NCBI GenBank assembly: GCA_964019335.1
Contig: OZ025654.1
Coordinates: 248,001 to 312,000 of the forward strand
Length of the DNA: 64,000 nucleotides
Reading direction: 5' to 3'
Source of the DNA: Diplonema japonicum
Taxonomy: Eukaryota; Protista; Euglenozoa: Diplonemea
A model generated the notes under the pieces. That model had not been told where the DNA came from. It did no database searches and saw only the letters and a list, made by a program, of their open reading frames with translations. Each line of letters begins with the position of its first letter. Position 1 is the stretch's first letter. The translations under genes and the position numbers were made by a program. Below are positions 23,321 to 35,160 of this stretch, in pieces.

Positions 23321-23691
23321 ATATATATGAGTTAAAGGAAGTCTTTGTGAGACGCCCCCTTGTTCTCATCTCCTATCTGTAACTGTCCCCTTTCAGCAGC
23401 GGTTTCTGGTATACCGAGGTATCCCATCATGAGATATGTGATAAGACCCATGAGGTTGTCATGTGATTTATCGACCAGTCCGATATCCTCCTTTGGGGTC
23501 TTGCCGCGGGCTTGCCCATTGTCCTTTCAACGCCTCCAGGTCATGCTTGGTCTCGGTTATGCAAATATCGTCCCTTGTTCTCATCTTCTACCTGCACCTA
23601 TCCCCTTTCAGCAGCGGTCATGCTTGGTATTCGGTGATGCAAATATCGCCCCTGTTCCATCCGATCACCGCCTTTGTCCTCCCGATGGATC
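23321..23691 (-). mobile_element. 3' end of non-LTR family L2 with an internal duplication
   Basis: Encodes SIGRTKAVIGWNR/AIFASPNTKHD (frameshifted); CCCTTGTTCTCATCT...CCCCTTTCAGCAGCGGT occurs twice; same 3' UTR as 2851. Confidence 0.7.
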
Positions 23692-23896
23692 AAAAAAGGA
23701 AAAAAAAAAAAAAGCCAAATGTGAACTTCTAATGAATACTGTGACACGGTTGAGTATCAGAATTTTTCAAAAAGAAGCACAACCGGAAAAAAAAAAAAAA
23801 AAAAGTTCGCTGGAGAAAAAAAAAAAAGAATCTTTTAGAATTTTCCTTCTCGTTTATCAATTTTCTTTTTTTTTCCTTTTTTTTTATCTTTTCTTT

Positions 23897-23929
<33 letters not shown>

Positions 23930-24607
23930 CCTTGAGGGCTCTTTTTCTTCTTGTTTTTTTTCTCCACTTCAATTTTATTTTTTTTTCCTTTTTTTTTGGT
24001 CAATTTGTTTTCGAACGAAACCTTGCGCTGCGTGCAAATAGCTTTTTTGTAGTTCCGACCTGAAAAAAGAAATAAAATAAAAAGGTCAGGACCCCTTTTT
24101 TTCTTCGCACACGGATTGCAACTGCACTGCATGCAGTACAGGATGTAAGAGTGTCATTCCCTTCCATTTTCAGCTTTTTAACTTTTAGCAGTTCATTGTC
24201 GCACAATTCCATTTCTTTTTTTTCTTGAATCTCTTTTTATCTTCTTTCTCCTATTCTTTTTTTTCTTTCTTCCATTCTCGCATTACCTTCTGCTGTTTTA
24301 CAAAAAGAGTTTTTTGTTGCCTGTTGATTGGTTGTGTAAAACCAGGTTTCTTTCTTTCTTTAAAAAAAAAAATCTTTTTCTCAGGAAACAGTTCGAGAAC
24401 TATTGCGCACAAACAAAGACTAACTCGTCCATTCCCTTTTTTGAAAAAAAAAAAAAAAAGGTCCCCCGACACAGTTACCCAGTCTATCCTTTTCTATTGA
24501 CGAAAAAAAAAATTGTTTGTTTTTTTTTTTTTGTGCACACGGTGCAAAACGTACAGCGTGCTGTACTACTTCCAATGGCAGCACTTGCTAAATACAAATG
24601 TATATAA

Positions 24608-24740
24608 ATTCTTTAATGACTATACTGTTCACGAGCAAAAAAAAAAGTTTTTAAAAAAGCTGCGACAGTTTCTTTTTTGCTCGGCACAAATTGCATATTG
24701 CTTTAAAATCTTTTCTTTTTTGAAAGATAAATATTTGTAA
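24608..24740. repeat. Dispersed repeat family J, copy 2
   Basis: Aligns with 10156-10286. Confidence 0.8.
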
Positions 24741-24936
24741 AAAAAAAAAAAAAAAAGTGTCAGGGCACCACATTGAAAAGAAGGGAGAAATAAAAAAGAT
24801 GTGCCGATTTACATCCCAGCTTTTCTTTTTTTTTTTTTTCTCTTTTCTTTTTCCCCCTCCAAATTTGTTTACTCCAGGCCCCAGGTATTTATACTTGTTG
24901 ACCGGCAGTTTCAATCTACATAATTCTTTTTGAAAA

Positions 24937-24967
<31 letters not shown>

Positions 24968-25419
24968 CTGCCGGACCAGCGTTTCTTTAGCCTACTTTCG
25001 TTTGTAGCCTGTGTGGGCGGGGCAACCTTGTCCTTGAGGCAGTTAAAACAAGCCCGCAGACTTGCCCTTGTTGAAGCTGAGCATCTAGAACTGAGAGGCC
25101 CAACGGGTAGCGTTAACACCTATTGTTATTATTATTTTTCAAAAAAAAGAAAAGAAAAAAAAAAGAGTCCAAAACCTAAGCTAAAAAAAAAAAGTGCCGA
25201 TTGAGTTTACTATTCTTTTTTATTTCTCTTTTTTTTTTTCTTCCGTTTTTTTTTTTTTTTTCTTCTTCTTGGTTTCTAAATAAAACCTATTTCTAAGTGA
25301 AAATTCTTCACCAAGAAAGAAAAAAAAAAAGATTTTTTAAAAAAAAAAAGAGAATCAAAAGAAAGAACAAAAAAAGAAAATTTATTATGATAGGAACGAA
25401 GTGGTTAGCAACGGCCCGC

Positions 25420-25452
<33 letters not shown>

Positions 25453-26957
25453 GCTTTTTTTTGTAGTTTCCGGGAACTCTTGTGTCCAAGACGAAGGTCT
25501 CATAAAAACAAATGAAAAATTCGATCTTTTAAGTGTATGGGGGGTGTTGCAGTCAGATTGATTAACTACTACCTCGGTTCTAGGACGATTGCCTTATTTC
25601 TTTCTTGTCTCAGTGCTTTTGCACCCTTTTGGAAGATGGCGTGGCGAAAAAAAAGGGGGAAAGCATACGAGTGGGTAGAAAACGGAAAGCACCAAAACAG
25701 AAATAAAAAAAAGGGAGGGGGGTAAGAAATCACGCATCACCCACAGGAAAAAAGAAGAAAAAAAAGCAGCTCAGTTCAGCCTCCGCCGCATATTCAGCAG
25801 AGCAGAAAGAAAATCGCAATCCACTATCTGTTGTTTTGAGATCAGTATTGTAACCTCCTTCTTCTTCCATTCAAAACCTCATTATTCGCTATTTGCAACA
25901 AGAAATTTGAAGTTTCACTGTACCAAAGAACACTGGAACAATGCTATAAATGTTTCCAGGCTCATTTAGAAGGCAAGAAAAAAAAAGAGAAAAAAAAAGA
26001 GTCGGGATTAACCTGTAGAAGGATAAGCCCAACAATGCCACCACTACTCTTTTTAGCACTAACAATTCATTTTCAATATATTTCTTTTCTTGTTCATGCA
26101 GAAAAAAAAAACAACAACAACACGGCTCAAAACGCTTTTAATGGCATCTTTCCGTCAGGTTTACACATTTCTTGCATTCTTTTCGGAAGATCGGATTTCA
26201 GAAATATCCCCTTGACAAATAGCGAATAATGGACCAACGAGGGCGCATGTTCGTTTCCTTTCTTGAGTGTCAAAGCACACTTCAGATAGCTCATGCGCTG
26301 GTCAACAGAAGAGAAGTACAAGGTGGAAGAAAGTTGGAAAAAAAAAAAAACACAAGGAAATTTGATAAACTTCGGTGTTTGGTGCCCTCTTCGGTGCACC
26401 CTTTTTTTTTTCCTTTTTTTTCCAGTTTATAAACTATACAATGGCCGTGAAAACATTATAAAAAAAAAAAAAGATCGCAGAAAAAAGAAAGTTTGTACAC
26501 GGTGTGTCATGAACCCGAGAGCCTGTGTTCCCAGAATGGTGAAATCCTATCTAGTTCCCTCTTTTCTAATAACAACAAGTGACCTCAGGCTACTTGTATG
26601 GTTAAGTGCTGCCATTCTTTTGAACTTGTTCGACTAACTTTTGGGAAACAGGGAGCTCCAGACGGACACCGTATATTTGACTATAAAAATATTAAAAAAA
26701 AGGTTTTCCTTGGGATGGGGGCCCTACTAGTACGAAAGAAAACAAACGTATATATAATAAAAAAAAAAAAACCATTTATTATATAAATGAGTTAAAGGAG
26801 GTCATTGCGGCGCTCCCTTTTCGCATCATTACAAATATTATTATGGATCCTAATCTCTTTTGTAGCTGCTTTGGTCCTGCCCCTGGATAGTGTTACCTCC
26901 AGTGTTGAAGGCCACCGAACAGCTTTACACTAGAAGGTCCAAAAAAAAAAGATATAA

Positions 26958-27613
26958 AGGTCCCCCCGAACAATCCCTTTATTTGGACAGTGGAGGGGGT
27001 GTTTGGGCTCCAAAAAAAGAATTACTGTAAACAATTAATTCCGGAAGAAAAAAATCACTAGAAATTAAATATTACCGGAAGCTCTGTGGGACCGGGGGTT
27101 TTTAAAGACAAGCCTCTTCGCCCGGATCGAAAGGCAGAACGTGTTGGGGAGAACAGTGTCAGCATCCCACATTAACGATCTCGCAGGGGATCTGCTCCGG
27201 TCAGGTGAAGGTGCCTCTGCTACCTTCACGGGTTCCATCATCAAAGACGGCAGTCTTCAGATCCATTCGATGCCTCGAGACAAGCAACTGCTGCATCCCA
27301 GCTTATTTACACGGTAAAAAAACCCCGGAAGGCTGGGGCTTACAACAACGGAAACCCGCTGAGTCACGGTTCAAGAATTTGTTCCTCCCCTTCTGTGACT
27401 ACCTGATAAACCTTGTTTGTGTGCACGAGCGGAATTTTACCTAATAAAATAGCTCATTACGCTGCCATCAACTAGTTTTTAGTCTCGACAATAATATTGT
27501 TAAAACAAAAAAAAACGTCCGTAAAGAAAAGAAATTACCGGAAGTAATATTAACGGAAGCTTTGGTAATTTATTGTTTACAATTTGGGATGGTATTACTC
27601 GGGGGGGGGCCCT
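26958..27613. mobile_element. Possible Kolobok-like non-autonomous DNA transposon
   Basis: Degenerate TIR AGGTCCCCCCGA/TCGGGGGGGGGCCCT flanked by ATAA and TTAA; subterminal inverted TGTAAACAAT/ATTGTTTACA; ATTACCGGAAG repeats near both ends. Confidence 0.45.
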
Positions 27614-28751
27614 TTAACCAAAATATAACTTAACATCGTTCGCGCACGAAAATACATTTTCCCCGCTTTGGGCAGCCTCGTGCTCAACCGAAACCGGACG
27701 ATTCACAGGAATCCCATCCCAGCTTTGTGTTGTGCTGAGTCCGCTGAGTGCAGTACGTTGTGTTAAATATAAAAGAAAATAAAATAAAAAGGCAGCAAAC
27801 GAGAGTTAAATTCTGGCTCATCTTTGGCAAGCAGATTTTGTTATTCTGTCATTTTGAGTACAGACCTGACACCTGACTCAGAGTGAAAGCGAAAATCAAC
27901 ATCCCGAATTATAATTGCGCGATGAGGACGAAAAGGGTGTAAAAAAAAAAAAAAAAACTAACTGAATTGTGCAATACTTCTATAGGCGCACTTGCAAGGA
28001 CTACCACAGCGCCAAAAAATGGACTAAACTAGCACACAAAAAAATGAAAGAGCAAATCAACAACAAAATAAATTTGCGGGAAAAAAAGAAACTCGATAAC
28101 TTATTTACGAGATAAAAAGACGAAAGGAGCCAACGCCGAGCCTTTTATATCTCCAATGTTATCCCCGCCACCTGTAAAAAATAAAGCAAAAAAGAAAAAG
28201 ACAAAAGAAAAGGGTACACTCCGCCTTTGGCTGCAGTTTAACAGATATCTAATTCTTCGTACCACGTGGATCTGTAACTACGGAAGACTGAGCAAAGAGA
28301 AAGGGAACCATATAAAACACAGCTGGTGAACCTTTCCCAAAGCTTCTTCCGTCGAAGGCACCGTGTATCCCTTCCTTGTAACAAAGAAGCAAGAAAGTAC
28401 TAGAGGAGGGGGGGGGGCTGCCCCCCCCAGGAAAACCTTAAGATATAACACAAGAAATTACACGAAGTAAGGGAATAAGAAGAATATGGGTAGGTAGATC
28501 CGACATTCTGGGTCGCGTTTATCAACGAAAAGAAGAAGAAAAAAAACTATGAAAACAGGATCGTCAGAAAAAAGAAAAGAAAAGACCCCTGCACGAACAA
28601 AGGTGCAATTTTTTGCTTTAGAGGAAGAAAGAAGGAAAAAAAGAGGGAAAAAAAACAGATCGATACTGTGAGACGAATATGGTCATAGAGGGGGGAAGGA
28701 GGTTTAAAAGAGAAAATACTTCACTATGATATAAGAAGGGTAAACTTCAAC

Positions 28752-31127
28752 TTAAGATTCCCACCCAAGGGACCTCATGAGATGCTTGGCACCCTGAACC
28801 TTCTCTGAACTGAATCCAGAGACCAGTGTTCCAAGCAGGGCGCGTGCTGTGTCAGCACCATCGTTCTCGTACACCCTCATCACACGGAAGAGGTCATTGG
28901 CACTGTTCTGTGCTTCCTCCAGCTCGTACATCCACTCCTGGGCAGGGCCGTTCGTTCTGCTGCAGATTTCAAGGAGCCACACGGAGCCAGGCAAATCAGA
29001 CGGGACTGAGCTGGATATGCCGCTTTTGCTGATGCACTTCATTGTAGTGATGATGTCACAGGGGAGGATCTTGAAGAAGTCCGCAAGCCCTTCCAAGTTG
29101 GTCACCTTCGCGATCTTCTTCGTCACCGATGCCCTCACCAGTACATCCGTCACGTGGTGCTGCCTCCCGACCATCGCAGGCACGCGCAGGTTGCTGCCAC
29201 CGAGGTTCCCTGCCCAGCACGGGCCTCCTGTGACAGCAGTGTACACCTTCAGTGGGAAACTGTCGGTCAACGTTTCCTCGATGCTGACAGCCGCGTCAGC
29301 TGCCGCCACCTCTGGCGACGCCTTCTGGATCTGGAAGTTCCATGCGCACATGATCCGCCCATTCGCAAGCTGTGCATCCAGGACTGTCCCTCGCAGGGAT
29401 GACACTACGTTGTGCACCTTGTCCGCGAACACCGCCACCACCTCGTGGATGCGCCTCATGTTCCCCTTCCCTCCCTGTTCCCCGACCCACGTCACGTATG
29501 TGGGCAGGTGGAACGTGCACGTAGCGACTTGCTTCTTCACAACTCTTGTCGCCAGGTCTTGCGCCACGTGTGCAGCTGCACCGTGCGATGTGTGGCTGGA
29601 ACGCGAGCTCTTCGTCATTCCGTTGGTCAGTTTGCTCGTGGTACTTGTGCCAGAGTGCTTGCTGGAGCGGTCATCATCGTCTGTGTCCTTCACTGCCGTG
29701 GCCTGCAGGACGGAGTCGGGGAGGTACATCTTGTAAGTCTTCAACGTCTTCACGATGGTGATGAAGGAGGCCTGCACCCTTGTGGGGTTGGAGATGCTGA
29801 GCAGGTAGTTCAGCTGGTCTAGCTCCATCCGTGCGATCTGCTCTGCCATGTTTTCTGCCACAGCATTTGTGTCGTAGAGGCGCCTGAAGGCACGGTGCTT
29901 GGCCGTGGCCTTCCACCCGAGCAGCAAGAGCAAAAGGATGGACACAGAGCCACCCACAACAATCCCAATGATGATGTTGGTGTAGTCGGTGGACGTGGGG
30001 TCGGAGATTCCGCACGTCACACCTGAGTGACCGGTGCACTCCACACAGTTGCCTCGAACGCACCTCCCGTTCCCGTTGCACCCCTCGGGACACACGCTAG
30101 GGTTGAAGACCCACACGTCAAGGTTGGGTACTGCCTCTGTCGACGTCAGCACACCACCATAGACGATTAGCTTCCCCCTATATGACCCCATCACGAAGTC
30201 AGATAGCTCAGGAACCCAGTAGCTCGTGTTGTCCGTTTGCTGAACGATGTCCCAGTGCAGAGGGCGGGGTGCATTCATGTCGAGCGTTGCGATCTTGTTC
30301 CCCGTTGCCAGGAAGCCCTTGCCTCCTGGGTCGCCAATCAGCACAAGCGTTCCGTTCCCCACCGACACCATCTTGAACTCCTCACCCGCCATCCCGTCGT
30401 TCACAAGGTCCTCCCACAGGCCGTTCGAGTCCGATGCGTTGAAGACGTACGTCCTGTTGGGGAAGGCGCTGCCTCCGAATACACCACCGGTGAAGACAGC
30501 AAGGTCGCCGACACCCACACCACCGGGGTCCTCGACCTTCAGTCTTGTGTCGTACCCACGTGGGCGCCAGGTCTCGTCATCCTTGTTGAAGACAGAGTAG
30601 TCAGAGAAGCTTCCGTCGTCTGTGCCTGCGATGACGATGTGGTCGGTGGTGAGCATCGCTATGAAGTCCGTTCCGAAGACGTCGTAGTTGAGACCGTTGA
30701 CCAGGTCGCTGGGGATCTCACGCCACGTGTTGCTCTGAGGGGAGTATGCCCACAGGTCGCTGTGCGTCTTCCCCCCGATGAGGTAGACTAAGTTGCGCTT
30801 GTCATCGCACCCGATTTGGAGCTTCTCCCTCGTGGAGGGGACAGTGCCTACAGGGGTGACCTCTGTCCACGTAAACGTGATGAAGTCGAAGGACCATAAG
30901 TCGTTCAGAAGTACTTCCGTTGCTAGAGTCTCTCCACCGAAGTAGTAGATCTTGTCACGTAAGACGCATGACCAGGTATTCACTCGTGGGGTCGCGGTGG
31001 TGACTGCGGATATCCGTGTCCACTGCTCGTTGCGTGCGGTCGTCACTGCCACTGCATCATCAAAGAGATCACACACCGTGCTGCCTATAAGCAGCACCCC
31101 TACAAGGAGCACACGGTGAATAGACAT
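28752..31127 (-). CDS. Kelch-EGF-TM degenerate-cyclase receptor-like protein, paralogue of 6548-8923 (791 aa)
   Basis: Same architecture; long blocks near-identical to the first copy at protein and DNA level. Confidence 0.9.
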   Translation of the reverse strand: MSIHRVLLVGVLLIGSTVCDLFDDAVAVTTARNEQWTRISAVTTATPRVNTWSCVLRDKIYYFGGETLATEVLLNDLWSFDFITFTWTEVTPVGTVPSTREKLQIGCDDKRNLVYLIGGKTHSDLWAYSPQSNTWREIPSDLVNGLNYDVFGTDFIAMLTTDHIVIAGTDDGSFSDYSVFNKDDETWRPRGYDTRLKVEDPGGVGVGDLAVFTGGVFGGSAFPNRTYVFNASDSNGLWEDLVNDGMAGEEFKMVSVGNGTLVLIGDPGGKGFLATGNKIATLDMNAPRPLHWDIVQQTDNTSYWVPELSDFVMGSYRGKLIVYGGVLTSTEAVPNLDVWVFNPSVCPEGCNGNGRCVRGNCVECTGHSGVTCGISDPTSTDYTNIIIGIVVGGSVSILLLLLLGWKATAKHRAFRRLYDTNAVAENMAEQIARMELDQLNYLLSISNPTRVQASFITIVKTLKTYKMYLPDSVLQATAVKDTDDDDRSSKHSGTSTTSKLTNGMTKSSRSSHTSHGAAAHVAQDLATRVVKKQVATCTFHLPTYVTWVGEQGGKGNMRRIHEVVAVFADKVHNVVSSLRGTVLDAQLANGRIMCAWNFQIQKASPEVAAADAAVSIEETLTDSFPLKVYTAVTGGPCWAGNLGGSNLRVPAMVGRQHHVTDVLVRASVTKKIAKVTNLEGLADFFKILPCDIITTMKCISKSGISSSVPSDLPGSVWLLEICSRTNGPAQEWMYELEEAQNSANDLFRVMRVYENDGADTARALLGTLVSGFSSEKVQGAKHLMRSLGWES

Positions 31128-31275
31128 CTTCCTCTACCTTTTTTCTTCTTTTTTTTCTCTCTTTTCTCTCAAAAAAAGACCGAAGAAAAAAAAAACCTAT
31201 GATGAATGTAACATGGAGGAAAGACGAAAAAAACGAAGAAGCAAACTTGGGGGGGGGGGGGGGGGGGGGACTTCA

Positions 31276-31743
31276 TTAATGCTTGCTTTTCTTCTTCTTT
31301 CGCCTCCTGTCCTCAGACGACGACGACGAAGAGGACGTGGACGTGGATGTAGTTCGGCGTCTGCGCTTTTTCTTTTTTGCTTTACCCTTTTCCCTCAGAA
31401 GCGACAGGGCCTCGATAGGGCTTGACACTCCTGACTTTATAATGTCTTTTAGTTTCTTGCGTAGCTTTGTGTATCGTTGCATTACCTCTTCTCTTTGCTC
31501 TTCGTTCAACCCAGCAAGCGGGTCGGCAAGGCTGGCCTCTTCCTCAAAGCAGAACCCACGTCCCTGTGACACGTCAGCTCTTGTGCGCAACTTTGCGGTC
31601 AGCACTCTTCGGCCGCCCTTTGTATCCTCTTCCTCCTCTCCTTGTGCTTTCCTTTCCATCTTCTTTGCTAGTGCGATCACATTCGTCAGGCATCTTGGAT
31701 CCTTCCCATTTCTCACCATTGCTTCATAGTCTTCTTTTTCCAT
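31276..31743 (-). CDS. Hypothetical protein with a Lys/Arg/Ser-rich tail (155 aa; possibly nuclear)
   Basis: Coding-like composition; ATG 31743 lies 10 nt after a candidate splice acceptor TTGTTCAG; tail KKKKRRRR...SSSSSSSEDRRRKKKKSKH. Confidence 0.7.
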   Translation of the reverse strand: MEKEDYEAMVRNGKDPRCLTNVIALAKKMERKAQGEEEEDTKGGRRVLTAKLRTRADVSQGRGFCFEEEASLADPLAGLNEEQREEVMQRYTKLRKKLKDIIKSGVSSPIEALSLLREKGKAKKKKRRRRTTSTSTSSSSSSSEDRRRKKKKSKH

Positions 31744-32236
31744 CTGCCGCGACCTGAACAATACGTTAGAAAGAAAAAAAAGGAAGGTGCACAGAACAGC
31801 ATGGATAAAAATAAATAGATTCGGGGGTGAGGAAGACCTCTCTAAAAAAAAGATGGGAGGGACTTCTTTTTGTTTTCTTTTCTTTTAAAAGAATCCCTCC
31901 CTTAATACCCGAGTATGTAAAGGCGAGGTGGTTTTCTTATTTTTCCCCTTCATGTTTTTGATTAAAAACATAGAGGTGACATGGGATAAAGAAAAGAAAA
32001 AGAGTCGGGGCACAGCATTTCTTTTGTTGCACGATTAACAAAGGCTTTTTAACTGACAAAAAGACCCGTGCAATCAAAAAGAAAGAAGAAAAACTAGCAA
32101 ACAGTAAACCTTTGTTACACTACATGGATAAGGAGCCACTTATGTAATGAAGTCTGTTGAAAGCACACAAAAATAAAAAATATCTAATTCTAAGGATAAG
32201 TGGTAAACACCACTGCGTTCGAGGAGGCCCCTCCGT

Positions 32237-34635
32237 CTAGCTCTTCGACTTCTTGGAACGCTTGGAGGAAGAAACTGGGGTACGGGGTACAGAGGGTGCT
32301 CCTACCTCAAGGCTGGCTTCAAACCTCTCTCCCTTTGAGATTTTGATTTCGGAGTAAGGTTTGGCCTGCTCGAGTGACACGTGGGACTTCGATGATAGCA
32401 CCAGGAGGTCCATGAAGCGGGTGGCGGCTGTGGCCCTCGATGAGGAAGCGGGGGCTAGCTTCGTAAAGGCAATCGGCTTTGAGTTCTTCATGATCTCCCG
32501 CAGCTCCGAGAAGGTCTCCCTTGCAGAGACCGTGGGGTCCACGGCAGGCTCGTACATCACCTCGTCCACCTCTTCCCTCGGCTTCTTCCCCTCCATGCTG
32601 ATGATGTCCAGATCAGGCAAAAAGTCGTCAATGCCATGGCCGTTCGTCACTGTAGATGGGGGTTGAGGTGTCTTGTCGATCCACTTCGAGGATGCGGACT
32701 CGGCCTTTTCTGCTGCCTTTTGCAGTGACTTCCCAACAATGGCCTCGAACACCCCCTGGCGATGTGCCTCCACCTCCTCGTCTCCCATCTCCCCCTCCCC
32801 CACCACTTCAGGCATCTTCCCCACCGTGTACGCGTTGTCCCCGAATGCGAGGTCCAGCTTCCTCTTCCTCATCGGCTCGCACATCACAATCAGTTCCATC
32901 GGGTTCAGCTTCCCGTCCTGCTTGCAGCTCAGGGCCTCCTCTGTGGGGGGGATCGGAACGAACTGCCTCACAAGCTTTGATGACGACTTCAGCAGCGTTT
33001 TCACGTATTTAAAATCCAGCGTCGTGTCCTTGTCCACTAGTACGCTCTCCTCTTCCGGCTTCTTTTTCTTCTTATCCTCCTCTTCTGGCTTTGTGTGGGG
33101 TGTTGTGGTGTAGCCATCGACTTCAGGCGCTTTTAAGTCAGGCGAGCTCATAGGTACCTGAGGGATGATGTCGAACTGGTTGACACCCCCCGGGATCTGG
33201 ACGAGCTCGTCCACCTCGCTGATCTTGTCAACCCCTGTGTTGATGCTGGGCCTGCTGGAGGTCTTGGACGGGGAGGCGAAGTCGAAGTCCTCAGGAAGCT
33301 GCGACCTTTGAATGGCTGCCTCCTCGTTCTGCTGAAACCAGTCGTCGGGGATGAAGTCATCGGCGCCCTTGAGGATCATCCCAAGCCCACCAGAGATGTC
33401 CCCTATGACATCCGTGATCTCCAAGCTTGCAAGCTCCGGAAGCTGCACCAGGTCATCGATGCCGGGCGGGATCACCGGAGGAGGAGGCACCTTTTGGGGA
33501 AGGTCGACGTTGTTCGAGGTCCCTTGAGGTGCTAAAGATATGAAGCCCACAGCTTCAGACGACTCCTTCAGCAGGATGCTCACCTTGTTGGCATATATTC
33601 TGTGAAATGGTATGAGTATGCTTAAATCTCAAATCTCTAAAGTGCTTGGTGGGCATTCGTTTACCAACCTTGTTGAGATCTCATGCAGTGTATCACACTG
33701 CCGACCCTTAAGGTGGTGATCTCTGCCGAACCTTAGAGATTTGAGACGCAACATTTTAAGAAAAATAGAATCAAACAATACCTTGTGCACCCCAACAGCA
33801 GCTCGCCCTGGGTTCTACAAGAGATCGGCACTTGAGGATCGATGATGCGCACCACCGTCTCCTTCAAGTCCACCTGCGAATAGAGGTTTTTAAAGAAAGA
33901 AAGAAAGAAAGCCTCTTTCATACCAACTGCACTTCATTCTTCGTGAGCTTCTTTTCCCAATGCGCTGCAAGCCAGACCTTTGTGTTTTTGAAAAGTGCAC
34001 ATATGGAGGGAGAAGGTGTATATGACGGTTAAAACTCACTGCTGAAGAAAATTAAAACTCTTGAGAAGATTGATTTGGTGTAGCGTTGTCACTCAAAAGC
34101 TGAAAAAATGAGTACTGATGCAAACCTACGAAGAGGCTTAAGTACGATGCCAATAGGGGCAAAGGCCTTGGCTTTTTTCTTTCTTCTAAGGATGAGGGAA
34201 ACCTTGTAACACACAACAAAGCCATAACAGCCAAAAGGTCAGTGGGTGCGGCCGCGTGGAAGCCGATGATGGTCAGGCAAAACAGCACCGAGCGAGAACA
34301 AACCTGTGCAAGAAACCAAACATTTGACTTGCTCGTCATTTCTTTTTTACAGTAACCTCCCCCTCAATAGTTGCTTGACTATATTCTTCAGAAAAAGGGG
34401 TGATGGCATTCCAACCCACCCCTAGTTGGACCAGTTTAATTTTGCAGCCTGCCGGATGGCACCCCAAGTGTAAAAAAAACAAGAGATGTATTACCCAGTG
34501 ACTCGAAAAGGGAAATTCCCAACCACCGGTGGAATAGGTGAGTGACTTTAGATAACAATTAGTGGGGGGGGGGGGGGGGTCACTTACCTTTGCCAAAGGC
34601 CCCTTCTTTGTCAGGATCCACGTGCTGAAAAACAT
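32237..34635 (-). CDS. RAD21: Cohesin kleisin subunit Rad21/Scc1 (Rad21/Rec8 family), 4 exons, ~518 aa
   Basis: Exons 34635-34588, 33977-33924, 33873-33782 and 33599-32237, all with GT-AG junctions in frame. N-terminus [29 protein letters not shown]...ISCRTQGELLLGCTRIYANKV; C-terminal winged helix SRATAATRFMDLLVL...LEQAKPYSEIKI. Confidence 0.93.
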
Positions 34636-34754
34636 ATTGGTTGCGCTTCCCTGCTTATGGCTAAGACGTGCATGAATAATAACAAAGCAATATGTAAAAA
34701 AAAAGTACAATAATCCGGGCATCATACTATAAATCTTAAAGCGGCCACCACCGA

Positions 34755-35097
34755 GCCCCTCCGTCTAGCTCTTCGCTTGGAGGAAGAAACTGGGGTGCAG
34801 GCACAGAGTGCTGGCTTCAAACCCCGGCGGACTCGGCCTTTCTGCTGCCTTTGCAGCGACTCCCTAACAAAAGCCTCGAACACCCCCTTGTGTATCCACT
34901 TCCTCGTTTCCCATCTCCCCCTCCCCTACCACCTCATCTTCTGCCTTTTCATATCAACTGCACTTCATTTCTCATGGGGTTCTTTCCCTATGCTACGAGT
35001 CTGACCCATGTGTTTCTTTAAATTCCAATCTGCATACCTTCGCCAAAGGCCCCTTCTTTGTGCTGAAAAAAACATAATTGTAGGTCGCCCCTCCTGC
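34755..35097 (-). pseudogene. Heavily deleted tandem relic of RAD21
   Basis: Collinear matches to the RAD21 stop region (32227-32325), the middle (32694-32820), exon 2 with flanks (33914-33990) and exon 1 with its donor (34584-34655). Confidence 0.85.
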
Positions 35098-35160
35098 TGG
35101 TACCTCCTATAAAGGCCATCTTAACGAAAAGAATAAAAACGCAAGAAAAAAATAATAAGA

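Noticed and set aside
22384-26786. Many short F/K-rich ORFs in intergenic DNA
   Set aside because: Translations of A/T homopolymer runs, mostly with non-ATG starts
34052-34339. 95-aa ORF nested in RAD21 intron 1
   Set aside because: No recognisable motif and no independent support
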